Positions 28,729 through 39,546 of a stretch of DNA of 64,000 bases are shown piece after piece. Under the pieces are notes generated by a model. That model had not been told where the DNA came from. It saw only the letters and a program-made list of their open reading frames with translations, and ran no database searches. The stretch is taken from contig OY762654.1 of NCBI GenBank assembly GCA_963666205.1, positions 1,920,001 through 1,984,000 of the forward strand, written 5' to 3'. The position numbers and the translations under genes are program-made. Origin of the DNA: Synergistales bacterium. Its GTDB lineage: Bacteria > Synergistota > Synergistia > Synergistales > JAFGMB01. Numbering within the stretch: the stretch's first letter is position 1; each line of letters begins with the position of its first letter.

Positions 28729-30402
28729 CTAATGTTCAGGCTGTATATCTGAAAGAGCCTGCCTGATGGAGGAGTATTCAACAAGTTTTCCGTACTTTTC
28801 CCTCCAGCCGGCTCTTTCTGCTAAATCCCTTACCGGTCCTTTCATTCCTGCAAAAGCAAAGGAAATGCCATGTTCTCCATATGAGTCGATCACTTCTTCA
28901 AGACCCTTTATTGCCATGGCATCCATGTCATTGACTCCTTCAAAATCCAGCACGATCCATTTCAGATCGCTCCTGGACTTCACTGAACTTTCGAGAAGAT
29001 CTTCGAGAAAATGAAGGTTTGCAAAATAAAGGGATGCGTCGATCCGGATGATAATTACATGATCAAATAGTTCTGCTTCCGGATAGCGCCTTATATTTCT
29101 GAAGATATCTGACTCTTTTATGTAGCCCAGTTCCGCACTATGGGGAGAGGCGCTTCTTTTTATGAACAGAAGGAGAGAGAAGATCACTCCGGTAAGAATT
29201 CCCCAGTCGATGCCTATAAGCAGGGTCGAAGTAAAAGTGACGAGAATGACCCAGCCGTCACTTTTTTTAATACGGTAGATCTCAATTGCTTCCCTGATAT
29301 TGAACAGAGAAGATACTGCTACCAGTATTATTGAAGCCAGTACTGCCTGGGGCAGAAAATGGAATAGGGGTGTGAAAAAAAGCAGGGTCAGCGCAACTAT
29401 CAGAGCTGTGAAGAGAGATGCAAGCTGTGTCCTGGCACCTGACTGAAAATTTACCACTGTTCTCGATAAACCCCCAGTGACAGGATATCCCGAAAAGAAA
29501 GCTCCACAAAGGTTTGCCAGGCCCAGTCCTTTCAATTCCCTGTCAGGATCTATACGGTATTTGCCTTTATGGGCTATTACCTGTGCAATGGCTATCGATT
29601 CCATAAATCCCACAAAAAGCAGGGTCATTGACGTAGGAACGAGTTTGAAGAACGTATGTATGGAATGAACAGGGGGAATGGAAAAATGGGGAAGCCCTGA
29701 TGGAATATCTCCAATTATCCTTATGCCATAATTATCCAGTCGGAATAGGGCAGTTACGACAGTGCCTGTTATGACGGCCAGTATAGCCCATGGAATAGAT
29801 GGAAATCTTTTCTTTCCTGCTACCAGGAAGAGGATAACAGCAATTGCCATAAGCAGGGTAGGGAGATTGCTGTTTCCAAGATTCCGGGCAATTTTCACAG
29901 CAGTATCAAGAGTTGTACCACTTGTCGGAATATTAATGCCCATAAGATGTTTTACCTGGCTGAGGCCTATGATTATTGCCCCTGCAGATGCAAATCCGTT
30001 TACTACTCCATGGGACATGAAATTTACAAGAAAACCGGCCTTGAAATATCCCAGGAAAAACTCTTCAAGCCCTACCATGAGAGTCAGCAGCAGAACGAGA
30101 GAAATATATTCCGGGCTTCCGGGAGGAGCAAACCTTGAACATGCGTTAAAAACTATCAGGGACATCATTGCTACAGGTCCAACTGCCAGGTGTCTGGATG
30201 AGCCGAAAAAGGCATAGATAACCAGGGGGATGGTGGATGCGTAGAGACCGAATACAACAGGAAGACCTGCCAGCATGGCATAGGCCATACCCTGGGGTAT
30301 TAGCATTGCAGCGATCGTAGTTCCGGATACAAGATCAGGAACAAGATCTACTCTCCGGTATCCATGGAATAAAGGAATTCCATTAAATCTTGTTCTGAAC
30401 AT
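28729..30402 (-). CDS. SulP family anion transporter with STAS domain
   Basis: IPQGMAYAMLAGLP, GSSRHLAVGP, GGLSRT, STAS RIDASLYFAN. Confidence 0.95.
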   Translation of the reverse strand: MFRTRFNGIPLFHGYRRVDLVPDLVSGTTIAAMLIPQGMAYAMLAGLPVVFGLYASTIPLVIYAFFGSSRHLAVGPVAMMSLIVFNACSRFAPPGSPEYISLVLLLTLMVGLEEFFLGYFKAGFLVNFMSHGVVNGFASAGAIIIGLSQVKHLMGINIPTSGTTLDTAVKIARNLGNSNLPTLLMAIAVILFLVAGKKRFPSIPWAILAVITGTVVTALFRLDNYGIRIIGDIPSGLPHFSIPPVHSIHTFFKLVPTSMTLLFVGFMESIAIAQVIAHKGKYRIDPDRELKGLGLANLCGAFFSGYPVTGGLSRTVVNFQSGARTQLASLFTALIVALTLLFFTPLFHFLPQAVLASIILVAVSSLFNIREAIEIYRIKKSDGWVILVTFTSTLLIGIDWGILTGVIFSLLLFIKRSASPHSAELGYIKESDIFRNIRRYPEAELFDHVIIIRIDASLYFANLHFLEDLLESSVKSRSDLKWIVLDFEGVNDMDAMAIKGLEEVIDSYGEHGISFAFAGMKGPVRDLAERAGWREKYGKLVEYSSIRQALSDIQPEH

Positions 30403-30703
30403 TATCTGCCTTTCCTGTTTCTTTATTTTAACCATTCAGGAATAACGAGTGGATGCTGATCTTTGTCCAGATCGTTCTCAATACATTATTTCTACTCCAG
30501 TTTACATCTATCACATCAGAATTGCATTCATCTATCATGAATCCTGGAGAATATTTTTCTGTAGGCATTTTGTCCCGGTCTTGAGTTCAGGGGAAATCAT
30601 ATATGTTTTTAAGTTGAATATTATGACTCAGTAATATCAACACTTGTCACCAAAAGGTGACAATGAGATAATTCATTGGTTGTTTTAATTAGGAGGATTG
30701 AGT

Positions 30704-31723
30704 ATGAGAGTTACAAATATAGGAATTGCCGGCGTTGCCTGTTATCTGCCGGAGGAGTGTCTATGTAACGAGAAGCTTGTAGAAGAGTTTGGCACATGGA
30801 CTCCCGAAAAGATATACCACAAGACGGGTATAAGGGAGAGACGGATCGCAAAAAAAGAACTCGTATCGGACATGGCTACAGGTGCAGCTGAAAATCTTTT
30901 TGAAAGATATCATATATCAAGAGAAGAGATCGACATGCTGATCCTGTGTACTGAAACGCCAGACTATCTCATGCCTGCGACTGCCTGTATAGTTCATGAC
31001 CGTCTGGGTTTGAGGAAGAATAGCGGTGCTTTTGATTATAACCTGGGATGTTCGGGATATGTCTATGGACTCGCCCTGGCCAAATCTCTTATAGCAGGAA
31101 ATATTGCATGCAATGTGCTTCTTATCACCGCTGATGTACTTACCCGCTTTATCAATCCGGGTGATAAAAGCACAAGGACCATTTTTGGTGATGCTGCAAC
31201 TGCAACCCTTGTAACTGGGTCAGGGGCATCATCAGGCTCAATTGGAGAGTTTGTAATGGGTACTGACGGCAGCGGAGCCCCGAATCTGATCATTCCTGCA
31301 GGGGGAATGGCTCTCCCGAGATCTGCAGAGACGGCTGATGAGAGAAAGAACCGATTCGGGAACATCAGATCAAAGGACAATTTCTACATGAATGGACCCG
31401 AGGTTCTGCAGTTTTCAATGAGAGAGGTTCCAGTTGCTGTAAATGATGTTCTGGGAAAAAATGGGATCAGCATGGATAATGTTGATCTTTTTATTTTTCA
31501 CCAGGCAACAAGACTGATGCTTGAACATCTGCGGACAGAGCTGGAAATCCCCGAGGAAAAGTTTTATATGAATATGGAAAAACTTGGAAATACCGTAAGT
31601 TCAACTATACCCCTCGCTCTTGAGCAGGCCGAAAGGGAAGGTATCCTTGAAAAGTGCAAGAAGGTTATGCTTGTAGGTTTTGGAGTTGGTTATTCCTGGG
31701 GAGCTACTATCATAGACTGGTAA
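30704..31723 (+). CDS. 3-oxoacyl-ACP synthase III (FabH-like)
   Basis: LGCSGY catalytic Cys, FGDAA, FHQA, GNTVS, GFGVGYSW. Confidence 0.92.
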   Translation: MRVTNIGIAGVACYLPEECLCNEKLVEEFGTWTPEKIYHKTGIRERRIAKKELVSDMATGAAENLFERYHISREEIDMLILCTETPDYLMPATACIVHDRLGLRKNSGAFDYNLGCSGYVYGLALAKSLIAGNIACNVLLITADVLTRFINPGDKSTRTIFGDAATATLVTGSGASSGSIGEFVMGTDGSGAPNLIIPAGGMALPRSAETADERKNRFGNIRSKDNFYMNGPEVLQFSMREVPVAVNDVLGKNGISMDNVDLFIFHQATRLMLEHLRTELEIPEEKFYMNMEKLGNTVSSTIPLALEQAEREGILEKCKKVMLVGFGVGYSWGATIIDW

Positions 31724-31757
31724 ACTGAAGGAGAAAGGGGATACTGGAGGTATTCAT

Positions 31758-32177
31758 ATGGCAGGGAAGACCATTGATCAGCTTAACATAGGGGATAAGG
31801 CATTCTTTGAAAAAACGGTGTCTGAATCAGACGTGTATCTCTTTGCCGGAATAACAGGAGACTTTAATCCAGCCCATGTAAATGAAGTAGAGGCTTCAGG
31901 TTCCATATTTCAGGGCAGGATCGCCCACGGCATGCTGGTAGCCAGTTTCCTTTCTACAGTTGTAGGTATGTATCTCCCTGGTCCGGGAACGATCCTTGTA
32001 AGACAGGAACTTAAATTCCTTGGTCCTGTAAGGTTCGGAGACACTGTCCGGGCTGAAGTGGAGATAAGGGAGATCATATTCCGGAAAGAACTTGTGATCC
32101 TGGGGACGGTTGTTACTAACCAGGATGGAAAAAAGATCATCCAGGGTAAAGTGGTAGTAAAACCTCCCCGGAACTGA
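31758..32177 (+). CDS. MaoC family (R)-enoyl-CoA hydratase/dehydratase
   Basis: FAGITGDFNPAH hydratase motif, IAHGML, PGPG. Confidence 0.92.
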   Translation: MAGKTIDQLNIGDKAFFEKTVSESDVYLFAGITGDFNPAHVNEVEASGSIFQGRIAHGMLVASFLSTVVGMYLPGPGTILVRQELKFLGPVRFGDTVRAEVEIREIIFRKELVILGTVVTNQDGKKIIQGKVVVKPPRN

Positions 32178-32560
32178 AGCAGAAGGTCAGATATAATTCT
32201 TCAGGAAGAGCTTCCTCAGTTAAATGGGGAGGCCTTCCTGTTTTTTCAGGACTTACATCAGAACCATTGTTTACTGGATTATTGATTTTTCTCCGACTTG
32301 AAAGGGGGCTTCTTTTAGTGAGATAATGCTTTCGCTCCTGCAATAGGGATAACTTAAATATATAATGAACTGACAGGAGTATATCCGGTATTTCCTTATA
32401 CCATGATAGTTTTCCGGTAATGAGGTCTTTCCTGAAAACCGGAATTAACCGGGGACTGATCCGGAATGGTTTTTATATTTAAGAAGCTCTGACCATATTG
32501 ATATAATATTGGACATCCTCAGGGAACCAGGATGTTCTTTTGAATGAGAGGATGGATCAC

Positions 32561-33094
32561 ATGATGGAACCGTTCGTTATAAGTGGAGATAAAATAAACC
32601 TTCATATGCTGGGTGCAGGGGAATTGTCTTCCTGGCTTGATAATGAGGATGAGTTCTCGAAAAAATATGGTTTAACAATCGTAAAGGGGCTTGTAAACAA
32701 GAGAGTCCAGGAAGTCTTCAGACTTAAACTTGAAAAGATCGAATCTGATCCGGGAAACGTACTCTGGTATACCTACTTTGCCATCGTGCTCAGGGATACT
32801 GAAACCCTGATCGGTCTTATAGGATTCAAAGATATTCCTGACCAGGCTGGATTATCGGAAATAGGTTATGGGATAGGTGAATCATACAGGAACAGAGGAT
32901 ATGCTACAGAGGCAGTCAGCCTTCTGGTGGACTGGGTTTTCTGTAATACAGATTTGAAAACTGTTTTTGCCCAGACAGATATCAATAACATACCCTCAGG
33001 GAAAGTCCTGGAAAAGGCTGGATTTTCCATGCAGAGGCAGGACGGGAATATGTTTGAGTGGAAGCAGGAGAGATCTCCATCGCCAGTTCTGTAA
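32561..33094 (+). CDS. GNAT family N-acetyltransferase (RimJ/RimL-like)
   Basis: EIGYGI...YRNRGYATEA, NIPSGKVLEKAGF; start uncertain (32540-32564). Confidence 0.88.
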   Translation: MMEPFVISGDKINLHMLGAGELSSWLDNEDEFSKKYGLTIVKGLVNKRVQEVFRLKLEKIESDPGNVLWYTYFAIVLRDTETLIGLIGFKDIPDQAGLSEIGYGIGESYRNRGYATEAVSLLVDWVFCNTDLKTVFAQTDINNIPSGKVLEKAGFSMQRQDGNMFEWKQERSPSPVL

Positions 33095-33160
33095 CAGAAG
33101 CAAGTAGAAATAATTAGATCTGTCTGTTGCTGTTTTAGCGTAGGAACACATTATTATCAG

Positions 33161-33203
33161 AAAACATTTCAAGGGGGGCACAATGCCCCCCTTGAAATGT
33201 TTT
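33161..33203. terminator. Bidirectional terminator (20-bp perfect stem)
   Basis: AAAACATTTCAAGGGGGGCA-CAA-TGCCCCCCTTGAAATGTTTT between convergent genes. Confidence 0.85.
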
Positions 33204-33219
33204 TAAACTATAGGTAATT

Positions 33220-35286
33220 CTAAAGCTTGTTTTTTAAAAGGATCAGTAGCGGTGCTATCATCAGTACCATGGTATGGAGTCCGGAAATAGAAGAACATCC
33301 CCCTCCTCCGCCTCCTGACATGACCAGATCCGGATCACCGTCTTCTGCCTTTGTGGTAAAGTTTAGTATATCTCCCTCGATCGCCGAGGAAACAAGATCT
33401 CTTTCAGGATCCGAAAAATGTGTGACCACTCTCCAGTAATATGTTGTGTTATAGCCCAGATTTCTAACGTTTAAGGAAGAAAGTGACGTACCAGAAACAA
33501 TGAGGGCCCCAATGTCCATATCTGAAACTGAATTTTCGTCAGCGCTTAAATAGACATCAAAGGTCGATCCTTCCATGTCATAATTCCAGGAAAGAACAGT
33601 TTCAGAGTCTACGTTGACAGCATTATTGACAGGAGAATTATCATAGGCTTTCAGAGTCACTGTCTTCAGTCTCCATGTTGTTCCGATGGTAGATGTTTCC
33701 CCGCTGTGAAGGTTTACTCTCCAGAAATAACAGGTATCATAGGAAAGCTTGTAGCCAAGATCTTCTTCAATGTCCGGCAGTCCTGTCGAAGATGCGGCTG
33801 GATCTTTCGAAATTTTCACTAAGGTATCATCATCTGTCCCGAACCACAGGTCATATGAAACAGGATCCAGAGCGCTATCCCATGAAAGAACAGCATCAAA
33901 GGGGACGTGTTCCTCCCCGTTTTCCGGGTCGGGTCCATATGTCATATCAGCTATTACCGAGGGAGAAAGAGCCTTTCCAGCCATGACATTTACAGGTTCA
34001 TCTTCATAGGTTGAGGATACCAGATCAGATAAAGGCAGTAGAAGGTAGTCATCTTCTGATCCCCTATAGTCGGACAGGAAGGAAGTTGTAACATTTACTC
34101 CGCCAATGGCATTGATAAGAAGATTTCTCACTTCCCAGTATTCCAGATTCGGTTCAATAGCCCATATCAGGCCTGCAATACCTGCAGTGAATGGACTGGC
34201 AAAGGAAGTTCCATCCACAGTTACGTATGATCCGGTTCGATCTGTGGTTAAGATGGAAGATCCGGGAGATGCTACTTCAACCTTGAGATCTCCATAATTG
34301 GAAAATCCTGAAAGGACCCCGTTGCTTCCTGCAGAGGCTGCAGCGACATAATTATTTGACTCGTTCCATGTGGGATAGACATATCTCACATCTGTATCGA
34401 TGCCGTTATTGCCTGCAGAACCAACAAAGAGGATTTCATGATCTTTAAGATTTGCGAAGAGAACATCAAAAAAATCTGCCAGTTCATTATCAGAAGTCGA
34501 AGATGGGTCGGAATTATAACTCAGGTTGATGATGATATTAGTTCCAGTCAGTTCTCCTTCTTTCAGTCCCATGATATAGTCACATGCCGCTGTAAGGCAG
34601 GTGATTGAAAGACCGCCTCTGTTCGTCGCGGATCTTATGGGAACCACCTTGAGGGATGGTGTTACCCCAGTTGTAGAACCCACGATGGTTCCCGTTACTT
34701 CAGAACCATGGCCCTGGTAGTCAGTGACTAAATCATCGGAGGCAACTCCGTCAAGATATGTGTCGTAGAAATGTCTGGCATAGGTCATATCAAGATTATC
34801 AGTCAGGTCCGGATGGTCCGTATCTACTCCTGTATCCAGTACAAAGATCAGGACAGAGGAGAAATCTGCACCCATTTCAATGGCATATTCCTGCAGAGGC
34901 TGTGCCTTTAGAACGTGCCAGGGAGTTTCGGATAATGACTGTTCTGACAGATCTGTTCCCTCTGTTGAATGGTATAGCTTCACATCGGCTTTTATTATCA
35001 CAAGATCCGGTCTTTCACTTCTCAGTTTTGCGGCTGTTCCCGCCTCCAGATCTGTCATGGCAGCTCCGAGGAAAGGATAGGTCTGCTTTATTTTTTCAGG
35101 AGCTATGCCAGCTTTTATAAGCTTGTTGAAAGCACTCTTTTCAAGAGCCGTTCTACCTGAAAGCCCATCCAGCGGTCGGGAAAGAACAAGATAGCTCTCA
35201 GCCCATGATGGAAGTGTAAAAAAGATCAGGATAAGAATAATCAGAATTGAACGGGTAAGGGTAGATCTTTCCTTCAATGCACTCAC
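33220..35286 (-). CDS. S8 subtilase with Synergist-CTERM-type tail
   Basis: VLDTG, GHGSEVTG, SAGN, GTSFASP triad motifs; two YFWRV/YYWRV Ig/FN3-like repeats; C-terminus GGGGGGC-TM-KNKL. Confidence 0.92.
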   Translation of the reverse strand: MSALKERSTLTRSILIILILIFFTLPSWAESYLVLSRPLDGLSGRTALEKSAFNKLIKAGIAPEKIKQTYPFLGAAMTDLEAGTAAKLRSERPDLVIIKADVKLYHSTEGTDLSEQSLSETPWHVLKAQPLQEYAIEMGADFSSVLIFVLDTGVDTDHPDLTDNLDMTYARHFYDTYLDGVASDDLVTDYQGHGSEVTGTIVGSTTGVTPSLKVVPIRSATNRGGLSITCLTAACDYIMGLKEGELTGTNIIINLSYNSDPSSTSDNELADFFDVLFANLKDHEILFVGSAGNNGIDTDVRYVYPTWNESNNYVAAASAGSNGVLSGFSNYGDLKVEVASPGSSILTTDRTGSYVTVDGTSFASPFTAGIAGLIWAIEPNLEYWEVRNLLINAIGGVNVTTSFLSDYRGSEDDYLLLPLSDLVSSTYEDEPVNVMAGKALSPSVIADMTYGPDPENGEEHVPFDAVLSWDSALDPVSYDLWFGTDDDTLVKISKDPAASSTGLPDIEEDLGYKLSYDTCYFWRVNLHSGETSTIGTTWRLKTVTLKAYDNSPVNNAVNVDSETVLSWNYDMEGSTFDVYLSADENSVSDMDIGALIVSGTSLSSLNVRNLGYNTTYYWRVVTHFSDPERDLVSSAIEGDILNFTTKAEDGDPDLVMSGGGGGGCSSISGLHTMVLMIAPLLILLKNKL

Positions 35287-35415
35287 TCTCCAGTTTTAAA
35301 TTAATGGCATAGTCTTCTGAACGATCTCTTCAGACTGGTTAAATCTTTTCTTTTTTAATTCTAATTGAAAAAAATTATAAAGCCATGATCTTCATAAAAA
35401 ATATTCATTGAATAT

Positions 35416-35443
35416 AAAAAGGAAGGGGCTTAAAGCCCCTTCC
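35416..35443 (-). terminator. Intrinsic terminator
   Basis: GGAAGGGGCT/AGCCCCTTCC stem plus T run on the minus strand. Confidence 0.8.
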
Positions 35444-35465
35444 AGATGTGTTTTTTTAAACCAGG

Positions 35466-38168
35466 TTATTTCTTTCCGATCATCAGTGCAAGAGGAGCAA
35501 GGATCAGCAGCAGGGAAGGAGTGAATGTAGCAACCCCGCAAAAACCTCCGCCGGAGGATCTTGACGTGCCTGAATTGACTGCAAAGGGCTCAACTGCCCA
35601 ATCGCTGAATCTGATGGTATTTTCCTGTTCAAGGAAAAGGACGGTAACTTCCGCGGGAAGTAATGGTTCTGTGATGGTGAAGGGATAATAGGTTCCATCA
35701 ACTCCCACCAGGAAGCTTCCGAGGGAATCTCCATTCCCGTCTGCAGGATCTCCGTTTACCGGATCGAGGAAGAATGTCTCTTCATCTGTGGCAAGTGTCA
35801 TGCTCTCTGGTAATGCATAGGAAGCCGGGCCGCTGTCGTCACCCCACCAGTTATTGCTGGCGTCGAGAATATAGTTATCATCGAGGGTGAGCACCTGGTC
35901 AGTAAGTTCATGAACAGCTCTTGCCGTAGCAAGAACACCGAAATTACCGTTTTCTTCGATGTTGTTCTCGCTAAGAGTTATTCCCTGGGCTGCATCGATA
36001 ACCAGTACTCCTCCGCAGAGGAAATCGGCAGCTGTAATGCCTTCAAATATATATTCATCGAAGATAGCTGGTCTGTCTTCCTGGTTCGTTCCATTCCCCG
36101 TGATACTGTTGAGATAGATATCAAGTTCGGGGTATATGTCGCCGGAAACAACTTCATAGATCGGAGTCATTGCAAGGAGCCAGTCTCCCACTCCAATATG
36201 AGCCATTCCCAAAAGAGCGTTGTCATCAAACAGGTTATGGTGGATCTCTCCCTTTACGGAAAGAGCGGAGATCATGCCTATGTGGTTGCTGATGAAGGAG
36301 TTTCCAGACACATCGCCGAGTTCGAGCTTGTTTTCAGCGCTCATAAAATCTTCACGCCACAGGTAGTCCTCGACAATAGGAACGATCACTTTGCCAGCCC
36401 CTACGAGGGTCATACCGCAGATGTTGCCTTCAACTGTGTTGTTGGTGATGTCTATGTTCTGTATATCTTCGATTATTCCCGTATCGATGGCAGTGATTCC
36501 CAGAAGTGTTCCGGTCACTGAATTATCATCGATACTGATGTTCCTTGCACCGTCAAGAAGGACTATGCCCGCAAGGGAAATGTCGTCAAGATCAGGTCCA
36601 TCTCCCGAGGGAAGGATGGCAAGGGGTCCATTGTCGACAGTGCGCTGTCCAAGGGCAATTGCCAGTCCTGCTACTGGCTCAGGGCCGAACAGGAATTCAT
36701 GGGCACCTTCGATGGGACCGCTGCCAGTTATGGTGTTTCCGGAAACGTTAAGGATTCCCAGCTGGTCGATAAGGAATGGGTCTTCATCATCCTCATCATC
36801 TCCGGCATAAAGAGGGGCACCCATTATTGTAGAGATTGCGGAACCGATATCAAATTTCTGAAGGGCGAAGAGCATGGATACTCCCGTTATGCCGTTGAAT
36901 TCGTTATCAGTGATATAACTGTCTGAGAAGTCCCCAAGACATACGAGACCGGCTATAAGGTCCCCGCTCAGGACGTTTTCAGAGAAAGTCATGTCCACTT
37001 TCCCTGCGAGAAGGGCGCCTATCATGTTGTTATTGATATTCTGTTCAGATACGTGAAGCTTGACAGGGGTATCGTTCAGTGATATCTGTCCAGAATCTAC
37101 ATAAACTACTGGGACTTCCGGGAACAGGTCTGCTGAAACAAGCAGAAGAGCATCGAGTCCGCCCACTGCGGTAATACCCACTACGTTATCAGTGATATTA
37201 TTGACCCCTTCAAGGCTGAGTCCGCTTCCGGCTTCAACTGCTGATGGTCTGAAATCCAGTTCTTCCAATTGAGAAAGATCCAGATTGATGTTCTTGGCAG
37301 TGATAACCCCGAAGAAGTTAGTGGATACAGTATTGTCATAGATCCTTACCTGGTCATCCACTCCGTTGGCAACCACTATTCCTGTGAATGGCCCCGGGAA
37401 TCCCAGAAGGCTCCTTTGATCATATGAGCCAGTGAGGGATGCAGGGTTCGTAAGGGATGTCAGGAAATCGTAAAGGGTGGTGTTAATAGCCTGGCTGCTC
37501 AGAGCTTCTCCGGCAAGTTCTGATGAGATCATGGAAAATTCCGGATTACCCACCAGTTGGTTATCGTGGATATCCGCAGTGATCCCCTGCCCCAGAAGGG
37601 CGACACCGGCATACCAGTAGCTGTTCATGGAACAATCGTTCATTGTCAGATGGGTGGGAAGAGGTTCCTCATCAATCATGCCAAAGAAGTCCGAATTTAT
37701 TTCTCCAAGGTGTTTGAATATCTCATCCCAGTTTGTAGCCACTACTCCGGCTATAAAATCTCCGCTGATCACGCAGCCGGTAAGAGTAAGATCTACGTTT
37801 CCACCAGCTATGACTGCAATGGAAGTATAGTCATTTGCCGGGTTGTTATTGAACTCGATATTAGAAATGGATACTTCGGGCGCGTTATCGCCATCGCTGT
37901 GAACAGTAATTATTGGTACATCTTCTTCATAATAAGCATCATTACTGGAAACAAGGATGACTCCCTCCTGGCCCAGAAGGCTTACGCTGTAGTCAATATC
38001 AAGATTGCCGTAATAAGTTCCTGCTGTAAGTGTTATTTCGGTATCTCCTTCGGCCAGTGCATTTTGGAGCTCTTCCATGTCATTAACTGTTCTGGCATTG
38101 GCAATGGAAGCAAAAGAAATAAGCAAAATACATAACAGGCATATTCCAAGATATCTGGATCTTCTCAT
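35466..38168 (-). CDS. Large acidic parallel beta-helix surface protein with CTERM tail
   Basis: Signal peptide; repeated (I)xxNxIxxN..G beta-helix strands; DASNNWWG; C-terminus SSGGGFC-TM-GKK; AAGGAG RBS. Confidence 0.85.
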   Translation of the reverse strand: MRRSRYLGICLLCILLISFASIANARTVNDMEELQNALAEGDTEITLTAGTYYGNLDIDYSVSLLGQEGVILVSSNDAYYEEDVPIITVHSDGDNAPEVSISNIEFNNNPANDYTSIAVIAGGNVDLTLTGCVISGDFIAGVVATNWDEIFKHLGEINSDFFGMIDEEPLPTHLTMNDCSMNSYWYAGVALLGQGITADIHDNQLVGNPEFSMISSELAGEALSSQAINTTLYDFLTSLTNPASLTGSYDQRSLLGFPGPFTGIVVANGVDDQVRIYDNTVSTNFFGVITAKNINLDLSQLEELDFRPSAVEAGSGLSLEGVNNITDNVVGITAVGGLDALLLVSADLFPEVPVVYVDSGQISLNDTPVKLHVSEQNINNNMIGALLAGKVDMTFSENVLSGDLIAGLVCLGDFSDSYITDNEFNGITGVSMLFALQKFDIGSAISTIMGAPLYAGDDEDDEDPFLIDQLGILNVSGNTITGSGPIEGAHEFLFGPEPVAGLAIALGQRTVDNGPLAILPSGDGPDLDDISLAGIVLLDGARNISIDDNSVTGTLLGITAIDTGIIEDIQNIDITNNTVEGNICGMTLVGAGKVIVPIVEDYLWREDFMSAENKLELGDVSGNSFISNHIGMISALSVKGEIHHNLFDDNALLGMAHIGVGDWLLAMTPIYEVVSGDIYPELDIYLNSITGNGTNQEDRPAIFDEYIFEGITAADFLCGGVLVIDAAQGITLSENNIEENGNFGVLATARAVHELTDQVLTLDDNYILDASNNWWGDDSGPASYALPESMTLATDEETFFLDPVNGDPADGNGDSLGSFLVGVDGTYYPFTITEPLLPAEVTVLFLEQENTIRFSDWAVEPFAVNSGTSRSSGGGFCGVATFTPSLLLILAPLALMIGKK

Positions 38169-38401
38169 CAAATTCACTCTCCTTAGCTGCAAAAAAAGAA
38201 TAGTAACGGGGGTAATAGAGCCACGATTCCAACTCTTATGTCTGGTGAGGTTACGACCTCCTTTCGGATTACCTTGATAATTGGGGACATAATACGATCA
38301 TTTATTCACAACAACCTGACCAGGTCTCTTCCAGGAAACCTGCACAGGCATGCCATAAACAAAGCACATTTCGATTCGACTAATATAACTAATAAAAGGA
38401 A

Positions 38402-38476
38402 GGATCCGGTTGTGCTAAGGGCTCAACCGGTCCCAAGCGCCCATACAGGTGGCAGTTTTCATAGCCTGTCCGACCG
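38402..38476 (-). ncRNA. c-di-GMP-II-like riboswitch
   Basis: Minus strand GGTCGGACAGGCTATGAAAACTGCC...TGGGCGCTTGGGACCGGTTGAGCCCTTAGCACAACCGG has the ordered class-II elements (kink-turn TGA/GAG, GGGCRCTTG loop, TAGYRCAACCG). Confidence 0.65.
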
Positions 38477-39546
38477 AGTTTGACCATTTTTTGAAATAAA
38501 AAGAGCCGGTAATTCTTAACTATATATTAATCAAGGAAGGTGAAACATGAAAATGATAACAAAATTGACTTGTTACAGATTCTTAAACCTATTCTCCATG
38601 AAAATTCAGACGCTATATATGACTATTATATTAACATGGTTGGGTCTTTAGACTCATTTTTATTTATTGATATTGTCAGAATAGCAGATAAATTAACATA
38701 ATACTATTGACTCTGGGTAAAACCTTATAATGTTAATGATAATATAATATTACGAAAAAATATTCTGAAGAGAGCCATAATAAAGAATCTGGATATCCCT
38801 TTTTGATCTATGTTTTTAATATCTATCTAATATGAGTCCTTGCCCAAAATAGATCTCAGGAAAAATTATCCCCCGATCAGTGGAATATCATTAGAAAACC
38901 AGGATGCAACAATATCAAGCGAGAAGGAATATGGCCAAAGGAATGCTCAAGGTGCAAATATCCTTTCATCGACTCTTGGAGAAACTTTCTGTACGTACTT
39001 TGAAAAAGAGTGTTCAAATGAAGGGTATAGCCATATGTCAAAGGCTTTCGATCCTGTAGGAAGTGTGTGGCAATTTTTTTGCCGTCTGAAACATGCACAT
39101 TTCTGGAGAGTGCCATGGATCTTGTAGACGTAATAACACAATCTTGTTTTCCAGGAATCAATGTGTTGCCAGAAAAACCCATTCTTTCCTGAGTCAACGA
39201 ACACCGACTTTGCGAGTTTTACTGTGATTTGTTCTTGTGTGTCCTGCAGCATTATGAGTCCGGACAAAGTATTTCCTGCAGAAGAATGCGCAATAACGTT
39301 AATAAATCGTTCCATATTCTCTGTGATGTTTTAATAAATACTTTCACTAAACTATTGTCTTGACAGCATAAGTCAGCTAAAATAGAACAAATATATCTTT
39401 CTGAATTCTGCTTTAGTATTATCCCCCTTGAGTTATTCCTGTTATTCTCTTTCTCCAGGCCTGTTTTAACAACATTTACCCATCCAGTCCCCCAAACGTT
39501 TCAGTATTTTGAAGCAGTTGAGTTTGATAAAAAAGAGGTGGAGAGG

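Noticed and set aside
38341-38356. Sigma-54 promoter-like TGGCATGCCTGTGCA on the minus strand
   Set aside because: GG-to-GC spacing is one base short of the strict -24/-12 requirement.
38840-39315. Overlapping 95-122 aa ORFs in the AT-rich gap between divergent CTERM genes
   Set aside because: No recognisable motif or convincing RBS in any frame; may be a decayed gene but cannot be supported.
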